The notes beneath the pieces are model-generated. The model was not told the DNA's origin and ran no database searches. It saw nothing but the letters and a program-made list of their open reading frames with translations. A program made the translations under genes and the position numbers. Shown in pieces: positions 9,185 through 20,053 of a stretch of DNA of 64,000 bases. Numbering within the stretch: position 1 is the first letter of the stretch; each line of letters opens with the position of its first letter. Location of the stretch: positions 128,001 to 192,000 of the forward strand of contig CBDBHE010000006.1 of NCBI GenBank assembly GCA_965205605.1, given 5' to 3'. The stretch comes from Spirochaetota bacterium. GTDB taxonomy: Bacteria > Spirochaetota > UBA12135 > COTS27 > CBDBHE01.

Positions 9185-12010
9185 TTATAAAGCTGTTTTA
9201 GCTTGTTTTTTTTCTATATTAGAAAAATTAATCGAAAAAGCTTTGCTGATACCTTCATTCATGGTGATACCATAGGCGTAGTCAATAATTGAAAAAGTTT
9301 TTTCGTTATGTGAAATAATAACGAATTGAGTTTTGTCTTTAAAATCTTTAAAAAGTTTTAATAATTTGCGTATATTTTCTTTATCTAAAGCAGCATCGAC
9401 TTCGTCTAATAAACAGATGGGAGATGTTTTGACAAGGAAGATGGCAAACATGAGGGAAATAGCAATAAGTGATTTTTCACCTCCTGAAAACAAGTGAATA
9501 CTTTGAAATTTTTTTCCAGGAGGTTGGATCATAATATCGATTCCTGAGTTTAAAGGGCTTTGAGGGTCTATGAGTTTTATAATGGCTTTTCCACCATTGA
9601 ATAAACGACAAAAAATTTGATCAAAATTATTTTTAATAAGATTAAAAATTTGAATAAATTTTTCAGAAGATTGTTTTTCAATTTGCTTTAAAATTTCTTG
9701 TAAATCTGACATCGCTTTTTCGATATCTTCTTTTTGTTTTTTGATTTCAGTCAAACGATTTAAGATATTTTCATATTCTTTTTTTGCAAGAGGGTTAATA
9801 GGGTGGAGAACTTTTATTTTTTCAGCAATTTCTTTTAGGGTTATTTTGATCATTTTTGGATCTAAGTTTAAAGTAATTTCTTTTTTTGAGTATTGGCTTA
9901 AGTCTTCTGAAAACTGTTCTTTAGCATTTTGACTTAAGTTTTCTTGATCTCGATTAATTAATTGAATTTGTATGGTGAAATCGTTTTTTTTTTTTTCAAT
10001 TTCTTTTATAGTCCTTAAGTCATTTTCTCTTTTAATTTCTAATTGGTTGAGAATGAGACTTTCCTTGCCCATTTGGTGCATTGATTTTGTTAGTTTTTCA
10101 GTATTGATCTCATTTTTTTTTGTTAATTGATTGAGCTGGACATCGGTTTCTTTTTGTTCTTTTTCTAAATCACTAAGAGTATTGCTGACTCTTTTTAGTT
10201 CTAAATGACTGGATCTTTTTCTAGTCTCGATTGTGTTAATATTGGAAAATTTTTCTTCTCGTTCTTTTTGAGCGATGGTAATAACTTGATAAATCATTGA
10301 AGCTTTATTTTTCAAATCGATAATTTTTCTTTCTAATTGTTCTTGTTCATTTTTATAATTATTTTTTTGTTGAGTTAAGGCTTCGATTTGTTGCTCAAGG
10401 TTCTTATGTTTTTTTTTATTTAAAAGAAGGTTTTGATCGATTTTTTCTTTTTTAGCATAAGCCCCTTCCGTTGAGAAAATAAAATGATAAAAAGGATCTT
10501 TTTCTTCTAAGAACGCTTTAAAAAATTGTTCTTTTTCCAATAAAATATTTTTGATTTCGCCTACTTGAAAAGTTAGTATTTCAAATTCTTTTAAGATTTC
10601 CCCTTGAGGTTTTTTTTTGATTTCATTGAGATAGATTGTGTATTTTTTTTTATCTTTTGGGATTGAAATGAGACGAGTTTTTTGAGTGAGGTCTTTAAAG
10701 TAAGATTCCATGTCTTCTTGATATTTTTGATTGGACTTTTCTCTTTCTTTAAGATGATTTTTAATTTTATCGATTTCTTCAACGACTTCTTCAATAATGA
10801 GAAGGTGTTGTTTTGTTAGGCTTTCTTGTTCTTTTTTAGTGGTTATGAGAGCTTCTTTTGTTTGCCCGATATCGATTGTTAGAGAATGATTGTTATGTTT
10901 CAATTCTTTAATTTTTTTTTCAATGGTTTCAATTTTTTTTAACAAGCTTTCTTTGTCGCTAGATTTTTCTTCAATTTTTTTATTTAGATTTTCGATAGTT
11001 TGTTGTTGTTGTTCTTTTTCTTTTTTAAACTGTTCGATGTCTTCTTTTCTAAATCGAATACGATCGATGATATCTTTATAGCGCTTATTTAAGATTTCTT
11101 TGTTTTGTTTGAGGCCTCTAATTTTTTCTTGAAAAGAGATTTTTTGATTTTCCATTTGCTTGTTATTTTCTTCATTTGACTTGATGATTTTTTCGATATC
11201 GTTAATTTTTTTTTCAATGGTTTTTAGAAAAGTTTGTTTTTTCTCTAAGTCATCAATTTGTTTTTTATTTTTTTCTTCTAAATGGTTCTTTTGCTTTTCT
11301 AACAAATTTTTTTTATAAAGGAGATATTTAACTTCTTCTTGTTTGAGTTTTTTATTAAGAGTGAAATAAGATTCACTGGCATCAGCTTGAGTTTTTAATT
11401 GTTTTTTTTGTTTTTCTAGCTCGTGGCTTAAGTCATTAATTCGAGAAAGATTTTCGGTTATTTTTTCGATTTTTTTTTCATATTCTTTTTTTTTTTCTCG
11501 GTAATTAGAAACAGAAGCTGCTTCTTCAAAAATAAAGCGCCTTTCTTCTGGATTTTGACTTAAGACTTTATCAATACGACCTTGAGCAATAATAGAATAA
11601 GTTGTTTTTCCTATTCCTGTTCCCATAAAAATTTTTTGAATATCTTTAAGTCTACAAGTGTTTTTATTAATGAGGTATTCAGATTCTCCGGATCGATAAA
11701 GGCGACGCGTAATGGCAATTTCTGTATATTCTAAAGGCAAAATCAATTTTTCGTTATTAATTACAAGTTCGACTTCTGCCATATTACTTGATTTTTTATT
11801 CTCGGATCCATGAAAAATCATTTCTTCGACTCGTTCACTTCGAAGCTCTGACATTTTTTGTTCTCCAATAGCCCATTTAATGGCATCAATAATATTACTT
11901 TTTCCACATCCATTAGGGCCTATAAATCCACCGATTCCTCCTTCAAAATGAATGGTGGTTTTTTCAGCAAAAGCTTTAAAGCCGTTTAAAGTGATTGATT
12001 TTAAAAACAA
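9185..12010 (-). CDS. smc: Chromosome segregation SMC protein (short, spirochete P115-like)
   Basis: Walker A GPNGCGKS, IIAQG Q-loop, long coiled coils, FSGGE signature, LLDEVDAALD Walker B/D-loop; TTG start. Confidence 0.9.
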   Translation of the reverse strand: MFLKSITLNGFKAFAEKTTIHFEGGIGGFIGPNGCGKSNIIDAIKWAIGEQKMSELRSERVEEMIFHGSENKKSSNMAEVELVINNEKLILPLEYTEIAITRRLYRSGESEYLINKNTCRLKDIQKIFMGTGIGKTTYSIIAQGRIDKVLSQNPEERRFIFEEAASVSNYREKKKEYEKKIEKITENLSRINDLSHELEKQKKQLKTQADASESYFTLNKKLKQEEVKYLLYKKNLLEKQKNHLEEKNKKQIDDLEKKQTFLKTIEKKINDIEKIIKSNEENNKQMENQKISFQEKIRGLKQNKEILNKRYKDIIDRIRFRKEDIEQFKKEKEQQQQTIENLNKKIEEKSSDKESLLKKIETIEKKIKELKHNNHSLTIDIGQTKEALITTKKEQESLTKQHLLIIEEVVEEIDKIKNHLKEREKSNQKYQEDMESYFKDLTQKTRLISIPKDKKKYTIYLNEIKKKPQGEILKEFEILTFQVGEIKNILLEKEQFFKAFLEEKDPFYHFIFSTEGAYAKKEKIDQNLLLNKKKHKNLEQQIEALTQQKNNYKNEQEQLERKIIDLKNKASMIYQVITIAQKEREEKFSNINTIETRKRSSHLELKRVSNTLSDLEKEQKETDVQLNQLTKKNEINTEKLTKSMHQMGKESLILNQLEIKRENDLRTIKEIEKKKNDFTIQIQLINRDQENLSQNAKEQFSEDLSQYSKKEITLNLDPKMIKITLKEIAEKIKVLHPINPLAKKEYENILNRLTEIKKQKEDIEKAMSDLQEILKQIEKQSSEKFIQIFNLIKNNFDQIFCRLFNGGKAIIKLIDPQSPLNSGIDIMIQPPGKKFQSIHLFSGGEKSLIAISLMFAIFLVKTSPICLLDEVDAALDKENIRKLLKLFKDFKDKTQFVIISHNEKTFSIIDYAYGITMNEGISKAFSINFSNIEKKQAKTAL

Positions 12011-12089
12011 AATAGTCTATTTTTTTGTAAATTATTTAAGTTGTAATTTTAGTATGGATACGTAATCTTATGTTTGAGATAAAAATGAA

Positions 12090-13295
12090 TTATAAAAGAT
12101 TTTTATTTTTTTTTATAATAATGAGGATCGTTACTATAAAAAGAGCGATTATCACCAAAATAGTGTGGTAAATCCATCTTTGATTGTAATGAATAGGCTT
12201 TTTATATTTTTTTTTAAAAGAAATGCTAAATACATCGTTATCTAAAAATTTATTTTTAGAGCCAATTAGTAAAATTTTTAGTGGATCGATTGGGTGAAAT
12301 ACAAAAGACTGGATAGAATGAAAGTCTTTAAAAGTAAGAATAGTTGGTTGGTTTTTTTTTTGATGGTTAAAAATAGCGCTTGGATAAGCAATTAATTGGT
12401 TATGATTTTTATTCATGGTGTGAATAAAAAAAGAGCCATCTGCATTTCCTTTAATAGAAAAAAAGTCTAAAGAAGGTTTTTCTTTGATAGATAAGAATGT
12501 AGAAAAAGAACTCCCGTCATTTAATAAAGCATATAGCTTATAAGCGTAGGAAGTTTTTTCTGATCTTTTTTGAGGAAGAAGTCCTATAAAAAAAAGAGAT
12601 TTTTTTTGTTTCCAATAATAAGGGTTATAATAATGGGCAAACGAATTATCTTTAGGTATAGGGCGTATTGAGTTTTTAAGATCCCAATGAAAAAGGTTGT
12701 AAAAATCATTGGTACGCATGACAAAGTAAAGACCATTATCACTGAACTCTGGGTAGTAAGTATTGAAGTGAGTGTTGGGTAACCAAAAAATTTGATTGTT
12801 TTTTTTAAATTGAATCGATGTTACCTTTTTTTCTTTAATTAATTTTTGGCTTTCTTTTGCACTCAAGTTTCCATAACTTATTGGCAATTGAACGTAGGGG
12901 CTATTATTTAAAAATGAATGGGAAGTGGCATTGAGTTCAAAAGAAATTTTTTCTTTTTTATTTTTGGGAAAAAGAAAAAGTCCTTCGAATTGTTTGGTTT
13001 GTTGATTAAAGTAGAAAGCGACGGCTTGGTGGTTTTTTGTAAAACCAATATCAATAAAATTTTTTGAGTTATTAATTGGTTTTATAGAATCAATCACGTA
13101 AGTTTCATACGAATGACTTGTTAGATATTTAATAATACTTGCTATTGGAGGGTAGAGGCTTAAGAGAATGCCTAAGACGAGGAAAGAAATAAAAATGTTA
13201 TTAGACTTTGTTTTTTGATTTTTTTTAAAAGAGACGGCAACCCAAGTACAAAAAACAAGGAGGGAAATCATTAAAAAAATAAGTTCAAGGTTCAT
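12090..13295 (-). CDS. Hypothetical membrane protein with a probable beta-propeller-like periplasmic region
   Basis: Two N-terminal and one C-terminal hydrophobic segments; YYPEFSDNG resembles a TolB/PD40-type repeat. Confidence 0.55.
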   Translation of the reverse strand: MNLELIFLMISLLVFCTWVAVSFKKNQKTKSNNIFISFLVLGILLSLYPPIASIIKYLTSHSYETYVIDSIKPINNSKNFIDIGFTKNHQAVAFYFNQQTKQFEGLFLFPKNKKEKISFELNATSHSFLNNSPYVQLPISYGNLSAKESQKLIKEKKVTSIQFKKNNQIFWLPNTHFNTYYPEFSDNGLYFVMRTNDFYNLFHWDLKNSIRPIPKDNSFAHYYNPYYWKQKKSLFFIGLLPQKRSEKTSYAYKLYALLNDGSSFSTFLSIKEKPSLDFFSIKGNADGSFFIHTMNKNHNQLIAYPSAIFNHQKKNQPTILTFKDFHSIQSFVFHPIDPLKILLIGSKNKFLDNDVFSISFKKKYKKPIHYNQRWIYHTILVIIALFIVTILIIIKKNKNLL

Positions 13296-13305
13296 GTTAA
13301 AAAAA

Positions 13306-14250
13306 CTAATTAAGTAGGTAATGATCCATCTTATTTTGGATTAAAATTTGAGCTTCTTCTTTAGAGATTTCGTAAAAGAGAGGGTTGTTTAAAGCATTGG
13401 CATAAAAAGTTTCTTGATATTTGTAAATGAGGAGATCTGTTTTTTTGAGAGATTTTTTTTTATTTTTTGAAGTGATTTTTAAAAGTACTGGGTTTTTTTT
13501 TTTGATTTTTTCAATTAGTTGTTGATTGTCGATGACGTAAAGAGGGTCCATAAAGCCGATGGTTTGAGCTAAAGCGTCAGCGTGTTTGTAGTTTACAATT
13601 TTAAGCTTAGGGTTTTTTTGCTTGTTTTTAATTTGAGCTTGCCATTTTTTATTAGCTTGAATCAAGGTGAGTTTGTTGATAATGATTGTTTTTATGTTTT
13701 CTGGTTCGATTTGAAGGAAATCTTTTTCTCTTAACGCTTTAAGAGGTTTTTGAAGTGCCAAAATCACCCAATCTTCTACTGCATACACGTGAGAGGAATG
13801 GCTATAAGTAATGTAAAATCCTTTTGGTACTTTAATAGGGTTCCCTTGATAGAAAGTATGAGCGATATTTTTGCCTTTATTGTTTTTAAGTTCGATTGTG
13901 TAGTAAGGGCTGTTTTTATTAATTCCCCATTTTGAAGCATTGGTCTTGGTGTCTACAATCGTTTGGTACATCATGGTGTTGAAATTTTTAACATTAGCGA
14001 TAGCTTGGCCTTGATCGGCTTTGTATTTTTTAGGGTAAATAATTTCCCAAATATTGTGTTCATTTTTTTTAAGGCTAATTTTGTTTTTTTGATAAAAAAC
14101 AGTCCATTTAAAAGCGTTGTTTTCTTGAAAAGAAAAGATTTTATTTTTATTTTCTTTAGAACTCGCAGATTTTTTTTTATTGGTATAACCATAAAAAACA
14201 GCAACAAGTAAACATAAGAAACCAATTAATAAAAGAAAATTTTTTTTCAT
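13306..14250 (-). CDS. DUF4340-like membrane-anchored protein
   Basis: N-terminal TM helix; W.I..P....ADQ, WGI..P, LREKD pattern. Confidence 0.65.
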   Translation of the reverse strand: MKKNFLLLIGFLCLLVAVFYGYTNKKKSASSKENKNKIFSFQENNAFKWTVFYQKNKISLKKNEHNIWEIIYPKKYKADQGQAIANVKNFNTMMYQTIVDTKTNASKWGINKNSPYYTIELKNNKGKNIAHTFYQGNPIKVPKGFYITYSHSSHVYAVEDWVILALQKPLKALREKDFLQIEPENIKTIIINKLTLIQANKKWQAQIKNKQKNPKLKIVNYKHADALAQTIGFMDPLYVIDNQQLIEKIKKKNPVLLKITSKNKKKSLKKTDLLIYKYQETFYANALNNPLFYEISKEEAQILIQNKMDHYLLN

Positions 14251-14281
14251 AAATCATTTAAAAAGTAAAAATAATTTTTAT

Positions 14282-14310
14282 ACTTTAACAATATAAAAAT
14301 TGTTTGTCAA
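14282..14310 (-). promoter_or_regulatory. Sigma70-type promoter upstream of the DUF4340 gene
   Basis: Minus strand TTGACA-17 nt-TAAAGT with a TG extended -10 element. Confidence 0.5.
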
Positions 14311-14321
14311 TGGAAGGGAAG

Positions 14322-15641
14322 TTATTTATGTACGTAGCGATTAAGCTGGACATTAAAAACAATCCCTATTGCAATTAGAGATGTCCATAAAGTAGATCCC
14401 CCATATGTTAAAAAAGGTAATGGCAAGCCTGTAACAGGAGCTACCCCAAGAGTCATTCCAATATTAATAAAAGCTTGAATCGCAAACATTGAAGCAATTC
14501 CAAAAACAATTAAACTGCCTAAGTAATCTTTGCTTCTTTTAGCAATGCTAAAAAGTCGACTAATAAAAAAATAAAAAATAACAATAAAAACAACTGAGCC
14601 AATAAAACCAATTTCTTCGCCGATAACTGAAAAAATAAAGTCAGTATTTCTTGAAGGAAGATAGCCTAATTGACCTTGAGTGCCTTGAAAAAGACCTTTA
14701 CCAAAAAGCCCCCCAGAGCCAATCGTAATTTGAGATTGTATAATATTGTAACCTAAATCCCATCTTGAAACTTGAGGATTAAAAAAAACAATGAGTCTTT
14801 CTTTTTGATATTGTTTTAAAAGGACGTTTTCAACTAATAAAGCACATATAAGACCAATCAAAATAAATGATGAAGCAAGAGCAATATTTTGAATCGATAA
14901 ATTACGCATCCAAATACTGAGCCCAAAAAGTAAAATTGTTGTAATTAAAAAAAAAATAATTAAAATAATTTGATAACGATTGTTTAAAAGATTGGAAACA
15001 ATGGTGTTTTGTTCTTGAGTCATTTGGATGTAAGTTAATCCTAAAGGAATTAGTATCGAAAGAGTGGTGATGACAGTAAGACCTGAGAAATACTTCATAT
15101 TGACTCCCCCCATAAAAAGCATCATTGCAAAAATAATTAAATAAACCATCATTGTCCCTAAGTCAGGCTGTAGAAAAATAATTAAAAGAGGAGGAAGATA
15201 AATCCCTATAATAATAAAAATATGTTTGGCTTCTTTGATGGTTTCACGATATTTATTTAAATAATTAGAAACAATAATAATCATTGCAATTTTAATAAAT
15301 TCAGAAGGTTGAATACTAAAAAAATCAAAAGAAATCCATCTTTTTGAATGGTTAACAATTTTTCCAAAAAAAAGAGTATAAAGTAAAATTAAAATACAAA
15401 CAATATAAATAAAGATTCCATGAGAGGCTATTTTTTTATAATTAAAAAGACTTACTATCCACATCAAAAGAACTCCAGAAATAAAATAAAGGGTTTGTTT
15501 TAAGTAAGTGATTTGGTATTTTTTTTCATTAAGTTCTTCAATTAAAATAACAGAAGAGTAAGAAAAAACAATACCGGCTAGAGATAAAATTAAAACATAA
15601 ATTAAAAGAGGAATATCAAAAAAAAAATATTTAGTTTTCAT
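14322..15641 (-). CDS. rodA: Rod shape-determining SEDS glycosyltransferase RodA
   Basis: IQPSEFIK, QPDLGT, YQKERL, QSQITIGSGG, TDFIF, TGLPLPFLTYGG; downstream of mrdA. Confidence 0.93.
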   Translation of the reverse strand: MKTKYFFFDIPLLIYVLILSLAGIVFSYSSVILIEELNEKKYQITYLKQTLYFISGVLLMWIVSLFNYKKIASHGIFIYIVCILILLYTLFFGKIVNHSKRWISFDFFSIQPSEFIKIAMIIIVSNYLNKYRETIKEAKHIFIIIGIYLPPLLIIFLQPDLGTMMVYLIIFAMMLFMGGVNMKYFSGLTVITTLSILIPLGLTYIQMTQEQNTIVSNLLNNRYQIILIIFFLITTILLFGLSIWMRNLSIQNIALASSFILIGLICALLVENVLLKQYQKERLIVFFNPQVSRWDLGYNIIQSQITIGSGGLFGKGLFQGTQGQLGYLPSRNTDFIFSVIGEEIGFIGSVVFIVIFYFFISRLFSIAKRSKDYLGSLIVFGIASMFAIQAFINIGMTLGVAPVTGLPLPFLTYGGSTLWTSLIAIGIVFNVQLNRYVHK

Positions 15642-15654
15642 TGTTTATGTTAAT

Positions 15655-17715
15655 TTAAAGATCCTCTTTTTTTAAAAGAAGTTCTTTTTCTTCTTGTTTT
15701 TTAATCTCAATATCAAGAAAAGGTTCTTGATTGTTTTCTTCTTTTTGATTATTTTCTTCTTTAGGCTTAAAAAAATCATCAGAAAGTCTTTTAAGCCCTT
15801 TTGTTTTTAGCCACTGGTCATAAATAGCTTTTTTAGTTGTCCATGGTTGCATGATTCTTCTATAAGTTGTTAAAGGGTTAGCATAAAAAAAGATGCCTTC
15901 TAAAATTGCTGTTGCAAAAGGAGCTGCAGCTTCAGCTCCGTGACCCCCATTTTCAATTAAAACTGTGACCGCTAAAATATCTTCTTTTTTTTCACTCTCA
16001 TAAGGAGCATAGCAAGTAAACCAAGAATGAGATTTGTCTTTAGCATTTTGAGCAGTGCCAGTTTTTCCTGCAATCCTTAGTCTAGAAGCAGCTCCTTTTC
16101 TAGCGGTTCCTTTTAAAACAACTTTTCTAAGAGATTGTTGAATTTTTTCAATTTTTTTTTGTGAAAGAGGCAACTTAATAATAGGTTGTTTTTGATAAAT
16201 ATAAATATCTTTTTTTGTTTCAGCAGATTGATATTTAGATAATAAATGAGGTTTATAAGCAATCCCATTATTTGCAATAGCAGAAATAAGAGTGTTCATT
16301 TGTAAAGGAGTACTGGATAAGAAGCCTTGTCCAATAGAAAGATTTGCGGTATCACCATCCCACCAAAGAACTCCTTTTTTTTCGATTTTCCATCTTTGTG
16401 TAGGAACGTGTCCTTTTTTTTCGTATGGTAGATCAATACCAGTTTGTCTTCCAAGATTGAAATATTCTTTGGAAAAGTTCATCATTTTTTCAGGGCCGAT
16501 TTTAACTCCTGTTTTGTAGTAATACACATTACAAGAGTTTGCAAGAGCATTGGGCATATTTTGTCTTGAATGCCAACCTTCACATTTAAAATATTGAGTC
16601 CCTATAAAAATTCCTCCTTGACAAGTTTCATAATTATTTTCAAAATTAACTTTATTAAGAGATAATGCCGCTATAGAAACAATGATTTTAAAAAGTGAGC
16701 TAGGTGGGTATTCTGCTTGAATGATTCGATTAAGAAAAGGTTTATTGGGATTTTTAATATATTCGTTAAAAGTTTTTTGATTGACTTCTCCAATGAAAAC
16801 ATTAGGGTCATAACTGGGGTAACTATACATAGCAAGAATTTCTCCCGTTGTTACTCGTGTGACAATCGCAGCACCTGTATAGCCTTTTAAAGTATTATAG
16901 ACAATATTTTGAATACGAGAATCAATGGTTAAATAAAGATTGTTTCCTGGAATGGTTTTACTATCAGGAGGACTAATTTCTTTTTTAATACGATTTTTAA
17001 CATCAACAATTTGTATTTTATAACCATCTTTTCCTCTAAGCTCGAAGTCATAAAATCCTTCTAAACCAGAATTCCCAATCATTGAATCTGCGTGATAGCC
17101 TAAATAATACTTTTCTCTTAATTGTCTAGAATTGATTTTTCGAATATAACCGATAATATGTGCATATTTGTTACCTTCAAAATAGTGTCTTTTCGATCCC
17201 CCAATGTACAAACAACCGGGATATTGATCAAGATTTTCTGCCAAATAAGTTATTCTTTCAAAGGGAACATCTTTTTTAATTAAGTAAGATTTGTAAGGAT
17301 TAAATTTTCTTTTCGAAAAAATTTTATAAATGTTATTTGTATTAATATCAAATTTTTTAGAAAGTTTTTCAACAAATTCTCTTCGTTTGTTAGAATTGCG
17401 ATAAGCTTTTTTAAGCTGGTAAGGAATCATATAAATCCCAAAAGAAGGTTGATTTTCAGTAATTTTTTTCTTCCCATTATCAACATAAATTTCCCCTCGA
17501 TAAGCTGGAATGTTGAGTAGATGTTGTTTATTATTTAAAGCCATTGATTTATATTTTTTGGTATTGACGATTTGTAGTTGAAATAGCTTTAAAACTAAAA
17601 GAGAAAAGAGAAGTAGGCTAATAATTTGAAATAAAGCTATTTTAATTAAGAATATTTTATTTTGATAAGGTTTGAAAATTTTTGTTGAAGAGTTTTCTTG
17701 ATTAAAATGGATCAT
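15655..17715 (-). CDS. mrdA: Penicillin-binding protein 2
   Basis: N-terminal TM, RGEI, SLFK (SxxK), SCN (SxN), KTGTAQ. Confidence 0.92.
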   Translation of the reverse strand: MIHFNQENSSTKIFKPYQNKIFLIKIALFQIISLLLFSLLVLKLFQLQIVNTKKYKSMALNNKQHLLNIPAYRGEIYVDNGKKKITENQPSFGIYMIPYQLKKAYRNSNKRREFVEKLSKKFDINTNNIYKIFSKRKFNPYKSYLIKKDVPFERITYLAENLDQYPGCLYIGGSKRHYFEGNKYAHIIGYIRKINSRQLREKYYLGYHADSMIGNSGLEGFYDFELRGKDGYKIQIVDVKNRIKKEISPPDSKTIPGNNLYLTIDSRIQNIVYNTLKGYTGAAIVTRVTTGEILAMYSYPSYDPNVFIGEVNQKTFNEYIKNPNKPFLNRIIQAEYPPSSLFKIIVSIAALSLNKVNFENNYETCQGGIFIGTQYFKCEGWHSRQNMPNALANSCNVYYYKTGVKIGPEKMMNFSKEYFNLGRQTGIDLPYEKKGHVPTQRWKIEKKGVLWWDGDTANLSIGQGFLSSTPLQMNTLISAIANNGIAYKPHLLSKYQSAETKKDIYIYQKQPIIKLPLSQKKIEKIQQSLRKVVLKGTARKGAASRLRIAGKTGTAQNAKDKSHSWFTCYAPYESEKKEDILAVTVLIENGGHGAEAAAPFATAILEGIFFYANPLTTYRRIMQPWTTKKAIYDQWLKTKGLKRLSDDFFKPKEENNQKEENNQEPFLDIEIKKQEEKELLLKKEDL

Positions 17716-17732
17716 TTTTGATTAATGTTTAA

Positions 17733-19106
17733 TCATTTTTTTTTTTTGATCTTTATCACCATCAACCTGCCTGGGTAAAGAGAATTAGGATTTTTCATCT
17801 CGTTCCATCGCATAAGATCAAGTAAACTAACTTTGAATTTTTTGGCTATTTTATAAAGAGTGTCTTTTTTGTCAATAAGGTGGAAAAAAATATAGTCTTC
17901 ATTATTGATTTTTTTGATGCGTTGTGCTTGTAGAGGGTTAGTTTTTATTTTTTTAGTGGTTTCTTTTCTTTGTTTATCAGATTTATTAGCATTTTTTAAC
18001 CCTCTAATAGGGATAATAATATACGATCCTGCTGTAATGCGATGAATGGATCGAAATTTATTGAGTTGAGCGATTGGGTTAATAGGGACATTATATCGTT
18101 TTGCAATCGTTGATAGAGAATCTCCAACATTCACAAAAGCTCTTCTAAAAGTAATTCTGTTTCCGGGAAGAATTTTTTTAAAGTTTTCTAAAAAAATAGC
18201 TTCTTTCTCTTCTGGAATATAAACTTTGAATTTCACCTCTGGGGGGGTAAACCAATGTTTTAAAGCAGGGTTATATTTTTTAATAAGAGAGTAAGGAATC
18301 TTTGCACAATCAGCGATTAATTTTAAATCAGTTGCATCTTCTATAATGACTTTTTTAAAACTAATGGGATTTTTTGGAATATTAATATTGATATTATATT
18401 GCCTTGGATTTTTTGCAATGAGAGTTGCTGCAATAAATCTAGGAACATATTCTTTAGTTTCTTTTTTTAAATAACTATACTTTATTAGTTCCCAAAAATT
18501 TTTTGTTTTATAGCGTTTGATGGCTCTAGAAATTTTCCCCGATCCTGCATTATAAGCTGCTAAAACTAAAAGCCAATTATCAAATTGTTTGTAAAGATAT
18601 TTTAAATGGTAAGCAGCAGCTACGGTTGAAAGAAAAATATCACTTCTATCATCATACCAATAATTTCCTTTTAATTTATAAATTTTACCTGTTTGATACA
18701 TAAATTGCCAAATTCCTCTCGCTCCTGCGCTAGATACGGCTTGAGGACGAAAACTACTTTCAATGATCGGAAGATAAATTAAATCTTTAGGGATTCCTTT
18801 TTCTTTAAAAATTTGTCTAATAATAGGAATATAAACAGCGCCTCTTTCAATAGAAACAGCAATGGCTTTTTTTCTTTTATTTTGGTATCGATTTAATTGT
18901 TTAATCACACTTGGATGCTTATAATCAGAGATACTAAATCCTTTAAGTGAAACTTTGTCTAATTTGTTTAAATCAACAGTATCTGTTCCATAATTAGCAA
19001 TTTGAGCAACATTTCTTCCTTCTAGTCCATAGCGCAAATATTGAAAACTTCGACAATTAATAAAAAAGATAAAAGTAAGCATTACTAATAGAAAAGCAAG
19101 TTTCAT
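17733..19106 (-). CDS. MltD-like lytic transglycosylase with LysM domains (probable lipoprotein)
   Basis: IIESSF, AGARGIWQFM, LAAYNAG, ETKEYVPRF, two LysM motifs (GDSLSTIAKRY, DTLYKIAKKF). Confidence 0.88.
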   Translation of the reverse strand: MKLAFLLVMLTFIFFINCRSFQYLRYGLEGRNVAQIANYGTDTVDLNKLDKVSLKGFSISDYKHPSVIKQLNRYQNKRKKAIAVSIERGAVYIPIIRQIFKEKGIPKDLIYLPIIESSFRPQAVSSAGARGIWQFMYQTGKIYKLKGNYWYDDRSDIFLSTVAAAYHLKYLYKQFDNWLLVLAAYNAGSGKISRAIKRYKTKNFWELIKYSYLKKETKEYVPRFIAATLIAKNPRQYNININIPKNPISFKKVIIEDATDLKLIADCAKIPYSLIKKYNPALKHWFTPPEVKFKVYIPEEKEAIFLENFKKILPGNRITFRRAFVNVGDSLSTIAKRYNVPINPIAQLNKFRSIHRITAGSYIIIPIRGLKNANKSDKQRKETTKKIKTNPLQAQRIKKINNEDYIFFHLIDKKDTLYKIAKKFKVSLLDLMRWNEMKNPNSLYPGRLMVIKIKKKK

Positions 19107-19135
19107 TTTTTAATGCTCATAAATTAATAACTAAG

Positions 19136-20053
19136 TTAGTAGACAGGAGTTAGCCAACTGAAAGTATCTTCTTTGGTTCCTTTGATGATTTCAAAAAAGT
19201 GATTTTGGATTTCTTTGGTCACGGTTCCGATTTTTTTCTTATTAATAATAAGATGATCGACTTTAAAAACAGGAGTGATTTCAGCAGCGGTCCCTGTAAT
19301 AAAAATTTCATCTGCGATGTAAAGCTCTTCTTTTAAGACAGGTCTTTCTTCAATTGGTATTTTTTTTAATGTAGCTATTTTAATAATTGCATCTCTTGTA
19401 ATCCCAGGAAGGATTGATTGATTAATCGATGGAGTAATGATTTTTTTTTTACTGACAATAAAAATATTTTCACCAGAACATTCTGCTACAAACCCCTGTG
19501 AATTAAGAGCAACCCCTTCATCATATCCATCATCCATAGCTTCAAGTTTAATTAGTTGTGAATTAAGATAACCACCAGTGGATTTAATTAAACTAGGAAT
19601 CGCATTAGAGTGTACTCGTTGCCAAGAAGAAATTTTTATAGAAACCCCTTCTTGTGAGCTGTCTTTTTCAAAATACTTTTTCCAATCCCAAGTAGCTATC
19701 ATCATAGAAATAGGGCATTCTAAAGGATTAATCGATAAATCTTTATAGCCTCGATAAACTAAAGGTCGAATATAAGCAGATTTGATTTTATTAACTTTGG
19801 TAGTTTCAATAATGATTTTTTTAATTTGATTAGAAGAATATTTAGGGAGCATTCGATAAATATTACAAGTTTGCAGTAGTCGTTCAATATGTTCGTCTAA
19901 ACGAAAAATAACGCTTTGATTTTTTTTTTTTTTGTAAAGTCTAATCCCTTCAAAAGCCCCACTGCCGTAATGAATCACATGAGAAAGAATATGAATTTTA
20001 GCATCTTTCCAAGCAATAAAGTTACCATCTAACCATATTTTTTGACCATTCAT
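19136..20053 (-). CDS. ilvE: Branched-chain amino acid aminotransferase
   Basis: HYGSGAFEGIR, YIRPL, ECSGENIF, ILPGITR, EIFITGTAAEI. Confidence 0.94.
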   Translation of the reverse strand: MNGQKIWLDGNFIAWKDAKIHILSHVIHYGSGAFEGIRLYKKKKNQSVIFRLDEHIERLLQTCNIYRMLPKYSSNQIKKIIIETTKVNKIKSAYIRPLVYRGYKDLSINPLECPISMMIATWDWKKYFEKDSSQEGVSIKISSWQRVHSNAIPSLIKSTGGYLNSQLIKLEAMDDGYDEGVALNSQGFVAECSGENIFIVSKKKIITPSINQSILPGITRDAIIKIATLKKIPIEERPVLKEELYIADEIFITGTAAEITPVFKVDHLIINKKKIGTVTKEIQNHFFEIIKGTKEDTFSWLTPVY

